Positions 13,247 to 26,900 of a stretch of 64,000 nt of DNA are shown one piece after another (position 1 is the stretch's first letter; each line of letters begins with the position of its first letter). The translations under genes were made by a program, and so were the position numbers. The stretch comes from Amoebophrya sp. A120. Its lineage: Eukaryota; Protista; Dinoflagellata. A model generated the notes under the pieces. The model searched no databases, was not told the DNA's origin, and was given only the letters and a program-made list of their open reading frames with translations. Where the stretch lies: the NCBI GenBank assembly GCA_905178155.1, contig CAJINV010000004.1, forward strand, positions 7,096,358 through 7,160,357, read 5' to 3'.

Positions 13247-16200
13247 TCACATCATTTTCCCGTCTATAAAAGTGCACAACTCCCCCTCCCCCTCATTTGT
13301 CATGCAAATTCCCAAATCCAGACTGTGCCTCTTGGCACTGTTTGCATGACAAGTTCTGGTAGCCCACAGAGCCCTACAACCCAGTGTGGATTTGTCATGC
13401 AAAACCGGCATTCTTGCTGATGCTTATATTGCCGTTCATGCTATACAAATGAGGGGGAGGGGGAGTTGTGCACTGTCATACCGTCCATGTCTTCCGAGCG
13501 TAGTTGGATCGGCGGCAACGGAGCGTCTGGGCCCGGGAACTCCGCCTCAATTCCGTATCCTGAGTAAAAACGTACCCACACCATAGTTGTCACGCAACTC
13601 TGCATGCTTAAAATGTTTCTCATGCGGAGCCCCATGAGAAGCATTTTCTAATGCGGTTTTGAAATTTGTCATGCTCCAATCAGCACGAGATACTAGATCT
13701 GTAATGCTGCTAAACTAGCTCAAACAGCACTACACTACGCGGACAAACTTGTCATGCCAAACAACCAAAGCTGGCTGATTTGTCTAGCAGATTCCCCATC
13801 CTGACTCTGGTGTGGGTACGTTTTTACTCAGGATATTCCGTTTTGGAAAATCAAGGGGCGGTACTGCTTGATGGGGATACCGTTCACCGGAGAGTTGCCT
13901 GTAGTAATATAATATTAAACACGTTGCCATTTATTTCGATAGTTAACGATCACGCACAGCTGCAGCTGAGGTGCACATTCCGGCGGATTTTTGTAGCGAA
14001 CACAAAACAAGAAAGATCAAAAAAATTCAATACGGTAAACTTCGATATTGGCCTGCAATCCCTGGACTCTTGCGTAATTCACCTCGCACACTTTCGGACT
14101 GTTGTACGCTTTCAGCTTAAACTTGTGAAAGAGCTGTAGTTTTTGTTTTCATGGTCATTTTTGTGCGTCGCAAATGAATTCTCCCATTTTTGCTGTCTTC
14201 TAACAAAATCCCCAAAATCGTCATGGCATTCTATTCTTGGCATTCGCTTTTACAGGACAAAACAAGTTCCAACAAAGGCAATTCAGTTGTACCCCGAGAA
14301 ATCTCTTGGCGTCTTCCGGCGTGACAAAGTTGACGAACGCATACCCCACGTTGCACCGGTTTCTGAAGTCGATGGGCAGGTATCAACTGCAAATGTATCT
14401 GGGTCTGGAAGAATGCAAGATTTGTGATGGAGATTTTCCATGACCCATGAGGTCTGGCATGCAGGACCTAGCATGATAGATCCTGCGAGACCTCTATCAT
14501 GCCTATCTTGCATGAGAAACTGCCTCTGAACTTGTCCAAAAGTGGACATCTTTTGGTATATCATGCAACACAAATTTTTGGCACGATCCAGATTTAGCAT
14601 GACAAGTTGCATCCTTCCAGACCCAGACATATTTGCAATGCATAGCAGGTAGAAGAAATCGAATTTGGCTTCAAAGCCGTTTTCGTTTATATCCTGTGCA
14701 AAAGTATCGTATTCGTATAAATGCAAGTCTTGCATTACAAATATTTTTCTTAAGGTAAATTAGCATGACAAATTTTATTTCTCATGCTGAGGAAATTTGT
14801 GATGCATTTCTACGAGTACGATACTTTTGCAGTTCATAATTTAGCGTTTTCAGCAACATCGGCTGCGTGTACTTGTTCGGAATATTACCTGTTTATTTTG
14901 ATGTACAGAAAAATTGGCTCGGAGCTCCTGCGACAAGTTCAGAAAGCGAAGCAAGATGGCCCAAGAAAATAAACCATAACCAAGTTGTACCCATGCTGTC
15001 AGCACGACTGCCGCGCTAGCTGTCGCTGCAACATAAAAAAATACTTGCTTAAAAAAGCATTTCGCCAGCACAGAAAAAAACTAATCAATACGCAGCATCA
15101 TCGTTGTCCTTGTGTCTTTGACATTGGGATCGCCATCCTTTCCCTGTTGCTGATCTTTCCCGCCTGTCCTCCAGGAGTTTTCGTAGTTGTGGTGATCTTT
15201 CCCGCTACCCTTACCTCCGTACCCGGAATAGCTCCCCTTTTCACTTGCGGTCCCGGGGGTCTTGCTGCCATACCCGGAGGCAGACGAGTTTTTGCTGCTG
15301 TAGCCGGAAAATTTCGGATGCTGCTGCAGTGCGGCCGACGATGGTGGAGTTGTGTACTGCTTGACGTTCGTCCCGTGATAATTATTGCCATCACCATTCC
15401 CTTGGACATTATTCACCGTCGTGGCGATTCCCTGAGCAGTAGAACTACTCCCGTTGTAGTTCCCTGCTGCACCGTGGCCTTGGTGCTGCTCCACGCCAGA
15501 TCCTGACCTTTTCATCGCGCCGGATAAGTGGATCGCGCCATAAGTTCCAGTTTCGTCGTGCATCTTGTCTAGCCGGATCTTCTGGTCCTTGTGGTGGTTC
15601 CCGTCCGGGATGTGTATCCTCGCGAACTTTTTCGGGTGCTTCTTCTTGATTTGGATGCACTGCTGCAAAAAGTCCTCATACTCCGCGACGGAAACCAACC
15701 GCACCGGGTGATCGGGCAGCGAGGTCGGGAGGGAGGAACCCGAGGCCGCGGAATCGCCGACGAGGGGCACATGGTACCCACCAGACGTCGCGAGAAGGCC
15801 GGTGGTAGCAACCGAGTTGTCGGATTTCTGTTTTTTCAAATTTGAGCAATAAAAATAGATGCAGCCAATGCCAATAAAAAACCGCAATTCCACACGACGC
15901 CGATGCCGAAAAATGCAAATCACAATAATTCGCAGAACTACTACAACGTCAAAACGTTAAGGTGGGCTCCTCCTACATGAAATCGAAAATAGACGAAAAA
16001 ATGTAAAAAAACTTTTACTTTTCCGCAAGAAAACAGAAACAGCTATAATATATGCAGTCAAAAGTACCTTCTCATTCATCTCGCCGATTTTTTGTGCTGC
16101 CAAGGCTGCGATGTGTCCGCCCGGCGGTACGGGCAGGTTGTTCAATATGGAAGCGTCAGGTTTGAAATCGACAAAGTTGAAATGATTTTTCATGCATAAA

Positions 16201-17813
16201 ATGGATGCCAAATGTAACCCAGTTTCCAAGTGGCGCATGACAAATTTGGGTAGAGCCGCAATCCAGTTTGTGATGCTGTTTCGGCATAGAAGATAGCTTT
16301 TGTTATGCTACTTTAGCAACTCTGTCCAGAGCCGTAAACAGGCTCACAATCGGCCTCCCTTGCCATCCCTGCAACGCAGGCACTTCTTTCATGCTTTGCA
16401 TTTTATGCATGACAAATCCATATTCAATTGTGACGATTTCAATCCTGACACATCCATATTCAATTGTGACGGTATATTCACGACCCCGTACGGGATGTTA
16501 CCCGGCGCCGCGTTCGGCCCCGACACCGGGGACATTTGCCCCGGGCTGGCCACTTCAATGGGCGACATCAACCCCGTGTTCTGTGCGGCGACAATCAGAT
16601 CCGCGGACAGTCCGATCTCCGCGGTGCCGAGGGGCTGCTGCTGGGTCACGCCCAATTTTTGGCCGGAATAGCTCATGTCGAGCTGCTGCTGAATGTTCAG
16701 GCTCTGCCCCGAAGTATCAATGTGTGCGGCCGAGGACATGCGGTTGGTCGCTGGTGGGGTCATAGGGACGATCTGAGTTTGTAGTGTAGTTCCTGCTCCA
16801 CCTTGGCTGCCCCGCATCAACTCCTGCAACAAAGCCAATTGCCCTGGGGTTTGCGCGCCCGCCGGGACGACCCCGGACGGGAGCCGGGACGGGTTGTTCG
16901 AGGACTGGTCCCCTGCCGCTCCTGCCGGAGCCGGACTGGTTCCCGCTAACGGGCTTAAATCCAGCGGGTGTAGTCTTGGCGTCGCGGCGTTACCTGGGAA
17001 CGACAGCTGCGACTGGTCGTTGGGGTTCTCGCTGTCGCCTCTTTGCATCCGCGCGGTCTGGAGCTGCATCAGCTGCTGCTGAAGCACCTGATTCATCTGT
17101 GCCTGCTGTGCGTTTTTCTGCTGCAGCAGGTGCGATTCCGCCTGCGAAAGGTTCAGCAACGACGGATTTACCACATTGTTCTGCTGTTGATTTGGATCAA
17201 CCACACCTAACTGCTGCGGCTGTCCCGGCACGTGGATCTGCTGCTGGTGGCCCGGGAGGTGCGGGGGGGTTGGAACGTACTCGCCGAAGCCGCTCATCAT
17301 GAACTCGGGATTAAAAAACGCCACGGGCGAGACGGTGGAAGAGCCCACGTGCACCGCTGTGAAATGCTCGGTTCCCGGGGACAGTGCACCCGAGTGGTGG
17401 TGGTATTGGTTGTGTTGCTGATGCTGCTGCCCATGAGTTGTGGTGGTCTGCTGGTGATGCTGGTGGTTCCCAACATGTGGTCCTCCAACATGCGACGTGT
17501 TGGTCACAGCGCCAGTTGTGGTCATACCTGTCGGGTCGCTCGTCGTTGTTGGTGCTGTAGCCGCTGCCGTTGCAGTCGTGCCCGCCATAGTAGTACTGGT
17601 CGTGGTCGTATCGCCACTGGCGGTCGTCCCTCTTGTCTCGTTGGAGACCCTCTCGCTCTCTACAGGGGAGGACGACAATCTTTTCGTGGTCTTATTTTCG
17701 TGCAGAGATTTCGATTTTTCAAGAGGAGCAACGTTATAATCAACCTCGCTGACTAGAGACGACGGAGCAGGAGGTTGGTTGGACTTAATTTCTCTAGGAC
17801 CCGACGATGACAT
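13247..17813 (-). CDS. Mei2-like RNA-binding protein (C-terminal RRM3/RRM_2) with a long low-complexity N-terminus; five introners
   Basis: Spliced peptide [19 protein letters not shown]...[23 protein letters not shown]...[12 protein letters not shown]...RNSPV...RPLIF is the Mei2 RRM3 signature. Stop TGA at 13249-13247. Confidence 0.9.
13265..13480. mobile_element. Introner family D (216 bp)
   Basis: TATAAAAGTGCACAACTCCCCCTC...GAGGGGGAGTTGTGCACTGTCATA; DR CCGTC. Confidence 0.9.
13556..13835. mobile_element. Introner family E (280 bp)
   Basis: Perfect TIR TATCCTGAGTAAAAACGTACCCACACCA; DR TTCCG. Confidence 0.93.
14381..14644. mobile_element. Introner family A (264 bp)
   Basis: Family A TIRs; DR GCAGG; splits YLPIDF of the RRM. 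Confidence 0.92.
14690..14838. mobile_element. Introner family F (149 bp)
   Basis: TATCCTGTGCAAAAGTATCGTA...TACGATACTTTTGCAGTTCATA; DR GTTTA/ATTTA. Confidence 0.9.
16146..16458. mobile_element. Introner family C (313 bp)
   Basis: TATGGAAGCGTCAGGTTTGAAATCG...CGATTTCAATCCTGACACATCCATA; DR TTCAA. Confidence 0.9.
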
Positions 17814-19676
17814 TGGTCTTGGTGCTAGAATATAATACAGTACAGGAGTTTTGATGATTATGTTGAGCGAAGTAGATTTGATGACCTATTTCAAAAATTG
17901 TTGTTGTATTGATATTTTGCTTGTTGTTCTCGATCTCACAAAGGTTCTTCTGACAGAAGTCGTGGCTAAGTATGAAAACCGTATGAAATTCCGTTTTGCT
18001 CGTCGTCCACGTGTGAGAGAGATTTAAATTTATTGGCGTTGTCGTAGCAAACTTGTCTGAATAAATTTACAAGTACAACTGGTGCTCTGCCTCCTAAAAA
18101 AGAAATGCCGTGTCGCCGCTCCGTTCGATGGTCAAAACTGATGAAGTTTTGATTGAAAAGTTTGTCAAAGGGAAAGATTTCGAAAAATGTTATGATTCTA
18201 GGTGAAGCAGTGCTTTACTCGTCTACGTGCTACTCAAAAGTTGTACGATCGTGTCTATGTCTACTTTGAGATCCTTGTAGCAAAAAAGGCTGATCTCTGT
18301 TTAGTCGGGTTAATTGTGACGTCTGCTCCAGTCCTGCTATCTGAGGATCTATCTAAATCTAAGAGGAACCTCTTCGCTACTTTGTGCCTGATCTAGGAAC
18401 TGAGATTATGGTTTGCAACACTTTACAAACGATGTGAGGATGTGATTTCGAATCTCCCCAAGAAAAATTGTTTTTTGGTGTACTTCTACGTAATATCGAT
18501 ATTTGATCCAAAACTAGAGCTACAAATTTGTCCAAAACTAGAGCTTGTTGCAGTGAACACCAAATCAAATACTTTTACTCCTTTCTTGGTTGTACAAAAC
18601 AAATGAAAGTTTACCGCTCCAAAACTAGATATTTTACTTTGTTTGGTAGTTTGAAGTATTTTCCTTTGGTTGTAAGTTACCAAAATATCAGAACGTGGAC
18701 AGAATGTCAAATTCACTGCAACGGGTGTAGCCGATCTGATGGGAGCCTCAGAACTAACCAAAACCCTGGTCGTGTGGACAATTGTGAATAAATCGGAATT
18801 GATGTTGGAGCGTGGTCCGACTAAAACCTACATCGGCTGTAGCAAAATTTTTTGGTGTAGGTGATCCGAAAAGCGCCAACTATGTGAGGATCAACATTTC
18901 AATTTGGCGTTGCAATGTATTGGCTTGGTTGCTGTATTCTCCACCTTGTTACCATGCAGCAACAAATTTGAAAAAACCGACATTCGTTTTTTGATGATAA
19001 ATTTTTTCATCGTCCAAGAGTAACAAGAGCGCAGATCATAGCCTCACATTTTCCTTGGACCACCGTGTAGTAAGTCCCGAAGTACTGTTGGGATAATATG
19101 GTAATTCAAAACAAAATTTTACCGACGTTGAAAGTGATCTCGTCCTGAAAGAACCGACTTTGCTAATTTGTAGTTCGTGTTCGCGCTCGATTTATGGGAA
19201 CTTGCATTGTTGTTTCGACTTCTTTATTTCATCCACGCTGACAAAATCGAAGCCTGATGGAAAAAAACTATTCGACATGGAAAAACAGACCGATTTCATC
19301 GTTCTTCTCGTGCTCATTGTCATTCTGGAGATGATCTCGCATCGATTTTCATTCGATTTTTGTCCTTCTTCTTGAACGAACACTTTTTAGCTCCTTGTAG
19401 GTGCTACCAGCTCCGAGAAGCAGAAGTTGTTCCACATTTACTACTGCCGTGCATTTGTTTCATTTACGTTCTCGACAGCACTGCGCGAAATGAATGAAAA
19501 ACGCTCCATAGGTAATCAGCTGAGAAAGAATCATTTTGTGTGACACTTACCACTATGACAGAAAATAATCATGTTTGATGCGTAAAAATTCAACATGATA
19601 CAACTACCGTTGTCGACAACTAGGATCGGTGCGGGTGCACCAACAAGCTGCTGCTCCTAAAAGTAGTATGGTGTAC

Positions 19677-20777
19677 TAGCTGCTGCCTATGAGTTCTTGC
19701 GAAAAACTCGTTGCTGTTTCGCGGTTTATACTGTGTATCAGGTAGTAGAACTACTGTGTATCAGGTAGTAGAAGCAGATACTTCAATAATTTAAGCAGAT
19801 TGCCCGGCGCCAGAGAAGCTGCGGCTGCCTTGGCGAGGGCAGGGGAGAGTGCGTCGCCGATCCATCGCACAAGGCGGCCGGCAGCTTGTAAGAAAACCGG
19901 GCGCCACTACTGCAGAGTTAACTCCATCCAACGAAGGTCGACCCCTACACCGCCAGGGGCAAAAAGTTGCCGCGTGACCATGAGTTTTGATTTTCCAGAA
20001 ACAACACAACGAAAAAAGGTAGGGCGAAACGTGGCGCGCCTCAAACAAAGACACAGCCCGTTGGTTGGCTTTGTCGTGGCGCCGGTGTCCCACGCATGCT
20101 CATGCCCTTAGTCTCTCGCGAGTCGCCACCGAGCTCCGGCCGCGGCCGCCAGCTGTTTTTTTTTATATTCCCGGCCAACACCCCTGCGCCGAAACCTTTG
20201 GCGCGCGCGAGTAAAAACGTCGCGGCGGGCTGCTTTGCTTCCTAGCGGCCGCGTGTGCCTCTACGAATGCGCCGTAAAGACTGAAAACGCGACGCCACAT
20301 CGTAAAACAGGGGCAAGGCAACGCAGGCGCACGAGGTGAGGCTGCATAGCGCAAAAATGAAGATGGAGCACCATCATGGTGAGGCTAAAGAATGCGCCTG
20401 CTCCAACAAAAATACTAGAAGCAGGTCAGAGGGCAACTGGGGCAGCAATACAGAATTTTGTTGGCTGGAGGGGCCGACCGCCCTTCTCAGTCGCCCTCTC
20501 TAATATCCCTATTTGCCCAAGCGAGTGCGTAACCCTCGCGCAAGCGAATTCAGCGGTAAGCTTCTCCAGCATGCAGCCAGGACGTCATGGGGAGTGCCAC
20601 CTGGACCTGCTACCTTGACGATCAAGGCTTGACCTTCGTCCTCACAATGCCAAAATGATAAAAAGCGGCAACTTTTGGATCTGCTTAAATTCGCGAAGTA
20701 TCTGCTACAATTTCCTTCTGGTGAGTAGCTGCTGCCTATGAGTTCTTGCGAAAAACTCGTTGCTGTTTCGCGGTTTA
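19677..20777. repeat. 52-bp exact direct repeat (19677-19728 and 20726-20777) bracketing the TIR element, plus a 22-bp tandem pair at 19729-19773
   Basis: TAGCTGCTGCCTATGAGTTCTTGCGAAAAACTCGTTGCTGTTTCGCGGTTTA occurs twice; TACTGTGTATCAGGTAGTAGAA occurs twice. Confidence 0.9.
19773..20706. mobile_element. Non-autonomous TIR element with a GC-rich interior (intergenic)
   Basis: AGCAGATACTTCAATAATTTAAGCAGAT at 19773 is inverted to ATCTGCTTAAATTCGCGAAGTATCTGCT ending at 20706 (25/28 match). No transposase recognised. Confidence 0.7.
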
Positions 20778-20982
20778 CACGAGGTACATTTTTGCGTAAC
20801 GGACCTCGACCTTCTCCATCATCAAGAAGTACACTGACTCATTATACTCGTGGGCTGCAAACTGCATTTTTACTAAAAAACTGCTCCGATTTGATGTTCC
20901 CGGGAAGAAAGTGGCTCGCGCTTGAGCGTAGAAGTTCTCGTCAAATCGGTAATATCCTCGAGAACAAGTCCTTCCAACTCAC

Positions 20983-23900
20983 TCACGCTTCCAAAAACAC
21001 AATCGTTGGCTTCGCGGGTTGCGCGACGTTGATCTTATCCGAGTTGTCCCCGTCAATTTTCCCGTCCGCGGTGAAGCGAAAGCTGATGCTGGAAATGCCC
21101 AACTGCTTCTTGATCAGTTCGATCCGCTCTGTCAGCATGTCGGCCTCATTGAAGGGGAGTTCCAGTTCCAATGCGTCCTTTCCCCGCGCGCTCATTTCGT
21201 CCTTCATCATGAAGCTGGCAAACGGCATGGCCTTCTTGGATTCTTTATGAGAGTGCACAACTCCCCCTCATTCTCATTTCTCATGCAAAATCCCAAATCG
21301 AATTGCTTCCCTGTGGCACTGTTTGCATGACAGATTGTTCCGGATGAAGCTGCCCAAACAGTACTACACTAGGTGCGTGAATTTGTCATGCACCGGCTCC
21401 ATGTATTTATAAATATTGCTGTTCATGCAATACAAATGAGGGGGAGGGGGAGTTGTGCACTCTCATATTCTTCCTTGGAAAACGACTTAAACGCCTCGGA
21501 CTGCTGCAGCCCCCGGATCCAGTTCTTTGGGTCGGCCGGAGCGTTGCCAGCCTCGTTTAGTGGAACGGTTTGGCAGTACCTGATAGTAGTTTAATATTCG
21601 GGATAAGTGTCTTAATCATCTTCATGATGAACCGTTTGCGGTCATGCTCGCAGTGCATCTGATTGAGATTGCTACATCAAATTTTCGGGCTTTATAGAAA
21701 CACAGACGGCATCCACACTACAATGAAATCTCTTTATGAATATCAGTACTCCAGAATGCTCCTTTGCCACGGTTTGTATTCCAACGCGACATACACACAA
21801 GCGGATTTCACCACGTCGTCGAAGTTCCAGTATTACAATGAAAAATGCCCCCATCCCGGAACTTGGCAGCATTTGTATTGCAAACCTTTCCAATGGAAAC
21901 ACTCCCCGTCTTGCATATCTCAGCATCACAAGTTTTCCATGCTGATGAAAAGCTGAAACTTGTGTTGCAAAGGAGTCCAACAGCAGGGGGATCTGTTATG
22001 CAGAAGATACCTTGCGCAACTAGATTCTGCATCAGAAAGGCTCGCAGTCCTTCTTCTTTCATGCAAGACAAAACATTTCATTTGGAAACTTTGCATGAGA
22101 AACTTCTGTAAATTACGGGGTGGGGACATTTTTCATTGTAATATCCAGTCCTTCTGCTTCTTTTTCTTTTCGTTCTGGAGGTTCAGTTTCGCCATGCGGA
22201 ACTCGCGGAGGTCCTTTTCCAACACTTCAAATTTCCGGTGCAGAACCTTGTCGAACGCGGGCATCACCGGCCACCGCTGCTTCCACAACGGGTCCCGCTT
22301 CTTCAAAACGGACTATCCTGAGCAAAAACGTCCCCGCCCCATGCTCAAGTTGGTAAATCTGCAACACAAATCGCCAAGCCTTGGGAGTTGTGCATGACAA
22401 GTCTCCGTCTGTAGCATAGTGGTGCTTAGCAAGGCAGGCCGCATGAGAAAGCCAATTTCTCATCCTCTTTACAGCATTACAAATGCCAAATCACGATTGG
22501 GAATACGAATACCTCTCATGGAGATGCGCATTACAAATGTTGCTGTCTTTGCACATTTGCATCACAACTCTGGGGTGGGGACGTTTTTGCTGAGGATACG
22601 GAGACCCACAGGTTCTCGCAGAAGTGTGGCGCGATCGGGGACAGGATCAAGGCTTGGATCTCCAGAAACTTGGTGATGGCTGATTTGATGTCTTAGTTTA
22701 ACTGATAAAAGCGAAAAAAATCTTCTGTGTTGAAACAATGCGACGAGTAACGAGCTGTTGCCCCTCGCAGCACGACAGGCATGTTGTTGTACTTAAGCAC
22801 TTGCTTTATGCATCAGAAACTGGAAAGCAAAAGTAAATGGCCTGTAACGCATGTTGTACATGGAGAAAACTCTCGACAGAGGACACAGAGAGCTTCTATG
22901 AAGGAAAGTGTAAGATGAAGTAGTATACATTGCGGGTGCACGTCGTCATCCGTCAGGTTGCAGTAGGTTTTCCTGAGGTTTTCCATTTCGTACCACGAAT
23001 ACTTCAGCGCGTCTTTGTACCGCATGGTCTCGTACGCCTCGAAGGACTTGGCCACCAAAGAGCACATCTCGTTCTCGAAAACCTGATCCAGGAACAACTT
23101 TTCGGTTCGGCCACCCGCAGATAGCTTCTTTAAAGTTTCCAACGCCCACTGTTCTAACGTCGTCATGCGCAGCACCGTTTGGTTAGAGATCTCCCGGCTG
23201 TAATTCGCGTCTTCTAAAGTGTCGCCCGCGTCGGCGCAGGTGAGGCGCACCACGTCGGAGGAAAACATGTCGTCCGCGTCTTGGAGCGTCATGAAATTCC
23301 CCTCGGACTTGGACATCTTTTTGTTATCGACTAACACGTGTCCGTTGGCGAAGAAAGATTTCGGCCAGTACTGCGGCTTGTTTTTCCAAATCGCGGCGTG
23401 GTTGAACAGAGACATGGTTAAGTGGTTCTGAATCAAGTCCTTGCCGGAGCAGCGGATGTCCACGGGGTACCAGTACTGGAACTCGTTTCGCAACTCCTGC
23501 AGGACGGAATCGGGTAAGGAAGTTTCTGTTGGGAGCGAATCCGTTCGATCGAAAACGTAATCGAAAACTTCATCCGTCAACTGCTCCGGCTTAATTCTTA
23601 AGGGCCCGGGCGGAATGAAGCTCTCCGTGCCGACCTGCCCGCCGTTCGGTTTCATGCCATTCAGGATGCCGCCCTGGAGCAGGTGCGCAATCGCGTAGTA
23701 GGCCATGTAGATGGTAGAATCCGAGAGCGATTCGATCAGCCACTGCTGGTCCCAGGGGAGTTTTGTACCCAGACCGAAGGTTCGGGAGCAGGCCCACTCC
23801 CTCATCCAATCGACGGTCTTTAATAAGCCGTTGCGGGTACCCTCGCCGTAAGCTGTTGTTTCGTAGGCAAGTTACTTGTTGAATCATTCTCGTACATTTT

Positions 23901-26900
23901 GTCGTGCGTTTTGTTTGAATTCAACGGATTTTTATATTAGCAGGGAGTACAACATCGTATGTATTCCTACTTCTGCAATACAAAAATCAGTAAATAGAGC
24001 AAAAAGATTTCGATTTTCATCATATTTATACTTTCAAACTGGCTCTCGTCCGCGACGTACTCCCGGACCACCTTGGTCCACTCCTCATTTCCGTAGTCAA
24101 TGAACCACTGGTCGCAGAACGCAACGATGCACTCCGCGCCGGTTCTGGCGAGCACTTCCTTTTCCGGTTCCCAGTATTTCAGAGCCTCGTTATCCTGTGC
24201 AAAAGTATCGTACTCGTTTCGTAGTAATTGCAATCATGCATGACAAATCTTGTTTCTTAGCGAAATCAGCATTACAAATTCCATTTTTCCTTCTGGAAAA
24301 ATTTGTATTGCGATTTATACTAGTACGATACTTTTGGAATGCATATTCGTTGGTAGACACCAGGAGTTCCGCGGTCTTTTTCTTTGCATCCGCGACGGCC
24401 ATGCCCTTGAACGGACCCGCGATCATTTTACCTAGAAGATGTTGATGACAGCGAGAGGTTTTCTATATATCATCGTGACTCGAAATCAATGTCGTGGCAT
24501 GCAAGATGACTGGTCAACAAGAATCGGTACTACGTGATCTGCGGCCAGACTTCTCTTCCTGTGGAACAAAATAAATTAAAATGCACCAAATAAAATAGTA
24601 ATAGCGAAAATCTTATCTAAAATCCTAAACCCTGATTTCATACCTGAGTAGAAGCCCTTTTTGTAGGCTTCTTCCTTGCACAGTTTCAGCTTATCCTTGT
24701 CTTTTTGCGATTCCACCTTGTACTGCTTGCACAGCACCGGTGCGCACGCGTCCCCGTAATCAGGCGTGTTGATCACGTTGATCACGTTAAAGCCCGCCAC
24801 CCACTCCTCCTTCACGCCCCACTGGTCGCGGAGTTTTGCCTTCGTTTTCCAGTCCATCAGCGCCGCGTAGTCATCAGGTGCATCCGCGGGCACGGAGGTG
24901 ACCACCCCCGTTCCCTTGTTCATCAGGATGGAGAAGAGCGGTAACACGTGCACGTACTCGTAGGGCGTGAGCGGGGCCTTCACCTTCAGCCCGATCATCT
25001 CCTTACCCATGGCGGTGAAGTAGGTGAGCGGTTTTTGCTTGTACAAGGCGAGTATCAAATGCAAAAATGTCTGGGTCTGGAAAAGTGCCAGGTTTGTCAT
25101 GCTTGTCTGGCCTGACTCTTAAATCTGTCATGCACGTTACCCAAGAACCCGACTTTTCTGTCATGCAGAAACGCAGTCTGTCATGCAGAGTAGGCAACAC
25201 CTAGAAGGTCAGAAGCTTGCCATGCTGAGCCAGCACTTGTGGCCTCCTCATGATACGCCACCCAGCATCACAAGTTTCCAGACCCAGACATATTTGCATT
25301 TCATAGCGAGGGCGTCGTCGGTTTGGATGCTTTCGATCAATTGCTTTGAAGCGGCGTTGGTGTCGGGTTGGAGGACCTGGCAATCGATAATGCATGTGTA
25401 GAATTGCTTACTTGCAAATTTTCTGTATTGCTGTTCGACATGCAAGCAGAAGCTGTTGTGCCGCAACGAACGAAGATATTTCTACACCTTTTCTCACACT
25501 CAGTTTTTATTTTCCCCATTACCACCTCTCATGTATCTAATCTCGCCTGGTGTCAGTACATGCAAGCAGAAGCTGTTGTGCCGCAAGTGAGGTAAACAGA
25601 AAAAAACGTTCTTTACGTGGTACTATGGCATAACCCAAACTACCTTCCAAACTACATCGTCTCCTATACCTGCTTCACAAACTCCGAGTCAAACGACGCA
25701 GCAACCGCGGATTCCTGGTACACCAGATTTCTCGCACTTCGTCCCCCGCAGACGAAAATCTCGTTGTTCTTCGCCTGCACGACGTGGTACTCCCCCTCCG
25801 GCAGCACAAAGCAGTTGGTCTGCCCGCACATGGTTTCCGCACGCAACGTGGCGGCGACCAGGAAAATTTTCTGCTCCGCGTTTGCCGTGCCGGTGTATTT
25901 ACTGATGGTTTCTCTCCACGCAGCCGGCGCGTCGAGGACTTTATCAGATGCAAAAATGTCTGGGTGTGGAAGATTGGAACACTTGTCATGCACATTTTGC
26001 ATGAACGATGATGCCTGTAATGCATGACCTAGCATCAGAAATTTTGCGAGGGCTTCCTGATGCCTATACCGCATGAGGAATTATACCCTCTCCGCGTAGC
26101 ATAAACTGGACTCCTCTTGCCCTGTACGCAATACAGATTTTTTTTGGAATCCAAAGATAGCATGGCAAGTTGCATCCTCGTCCTCGACCCAGACACTTTC
26201 GCATTTGATAGACTTCCATTTTGATCAACGTGTACTCCTGCGGGCCGATATGCATTGCAAAAGGATCGCACTCGACGTACTATTGCAGTCATGCATTACA
26301 AATTTTCTTCTTAAGTCAAATCCGCATTACAAATTTTATTTCTCATGCTATAGGAAATTTGTAATGCATTTATACGAGCACTAAGTCATTTGTAATGCAT
26401 AGCCGACGCCCTCCCCGCTGGCGCGGTCGTGGTCCGCGCACGGCTGGTCGGACACCGGGTCGAAGATGGATTATGCATTGCAAAAGCATCGTACTCGTAT
26501 TGCAGTCATGCATTACAAATTTTCTTCTTAAGTCAAATCCGCATTGCAAATTTCATTTCTCATGCTAAGGAAATTTGTAATGCATTCATACGAATACGAT
26601 ACTTTTGCAAAGGATATGGATTCCCTGGTGCCGAATTTGATGTAGTTTTCCTTCTTCAGAATGTTGAACTGCCACCGGATGAAGGCGTCGTAGTAGGGAT
26701 TTGCGTCGGTTGTGATGAACGACCGTCTCCAGTCTGTCCTTAAACCGAAGGTTTGCAGGTCCGCGATACCGTAGGGCGGGAAGTACTCCAACCAGTATTT
26801 CGGGTCGATGAAATTGGTAATTAAATGGTCAGCAACGCCGCAAGACTTCAACACCTCCGCAACGGGCTTGCCACCGGTCTTCGCAACCGCTTTGGTCTTC

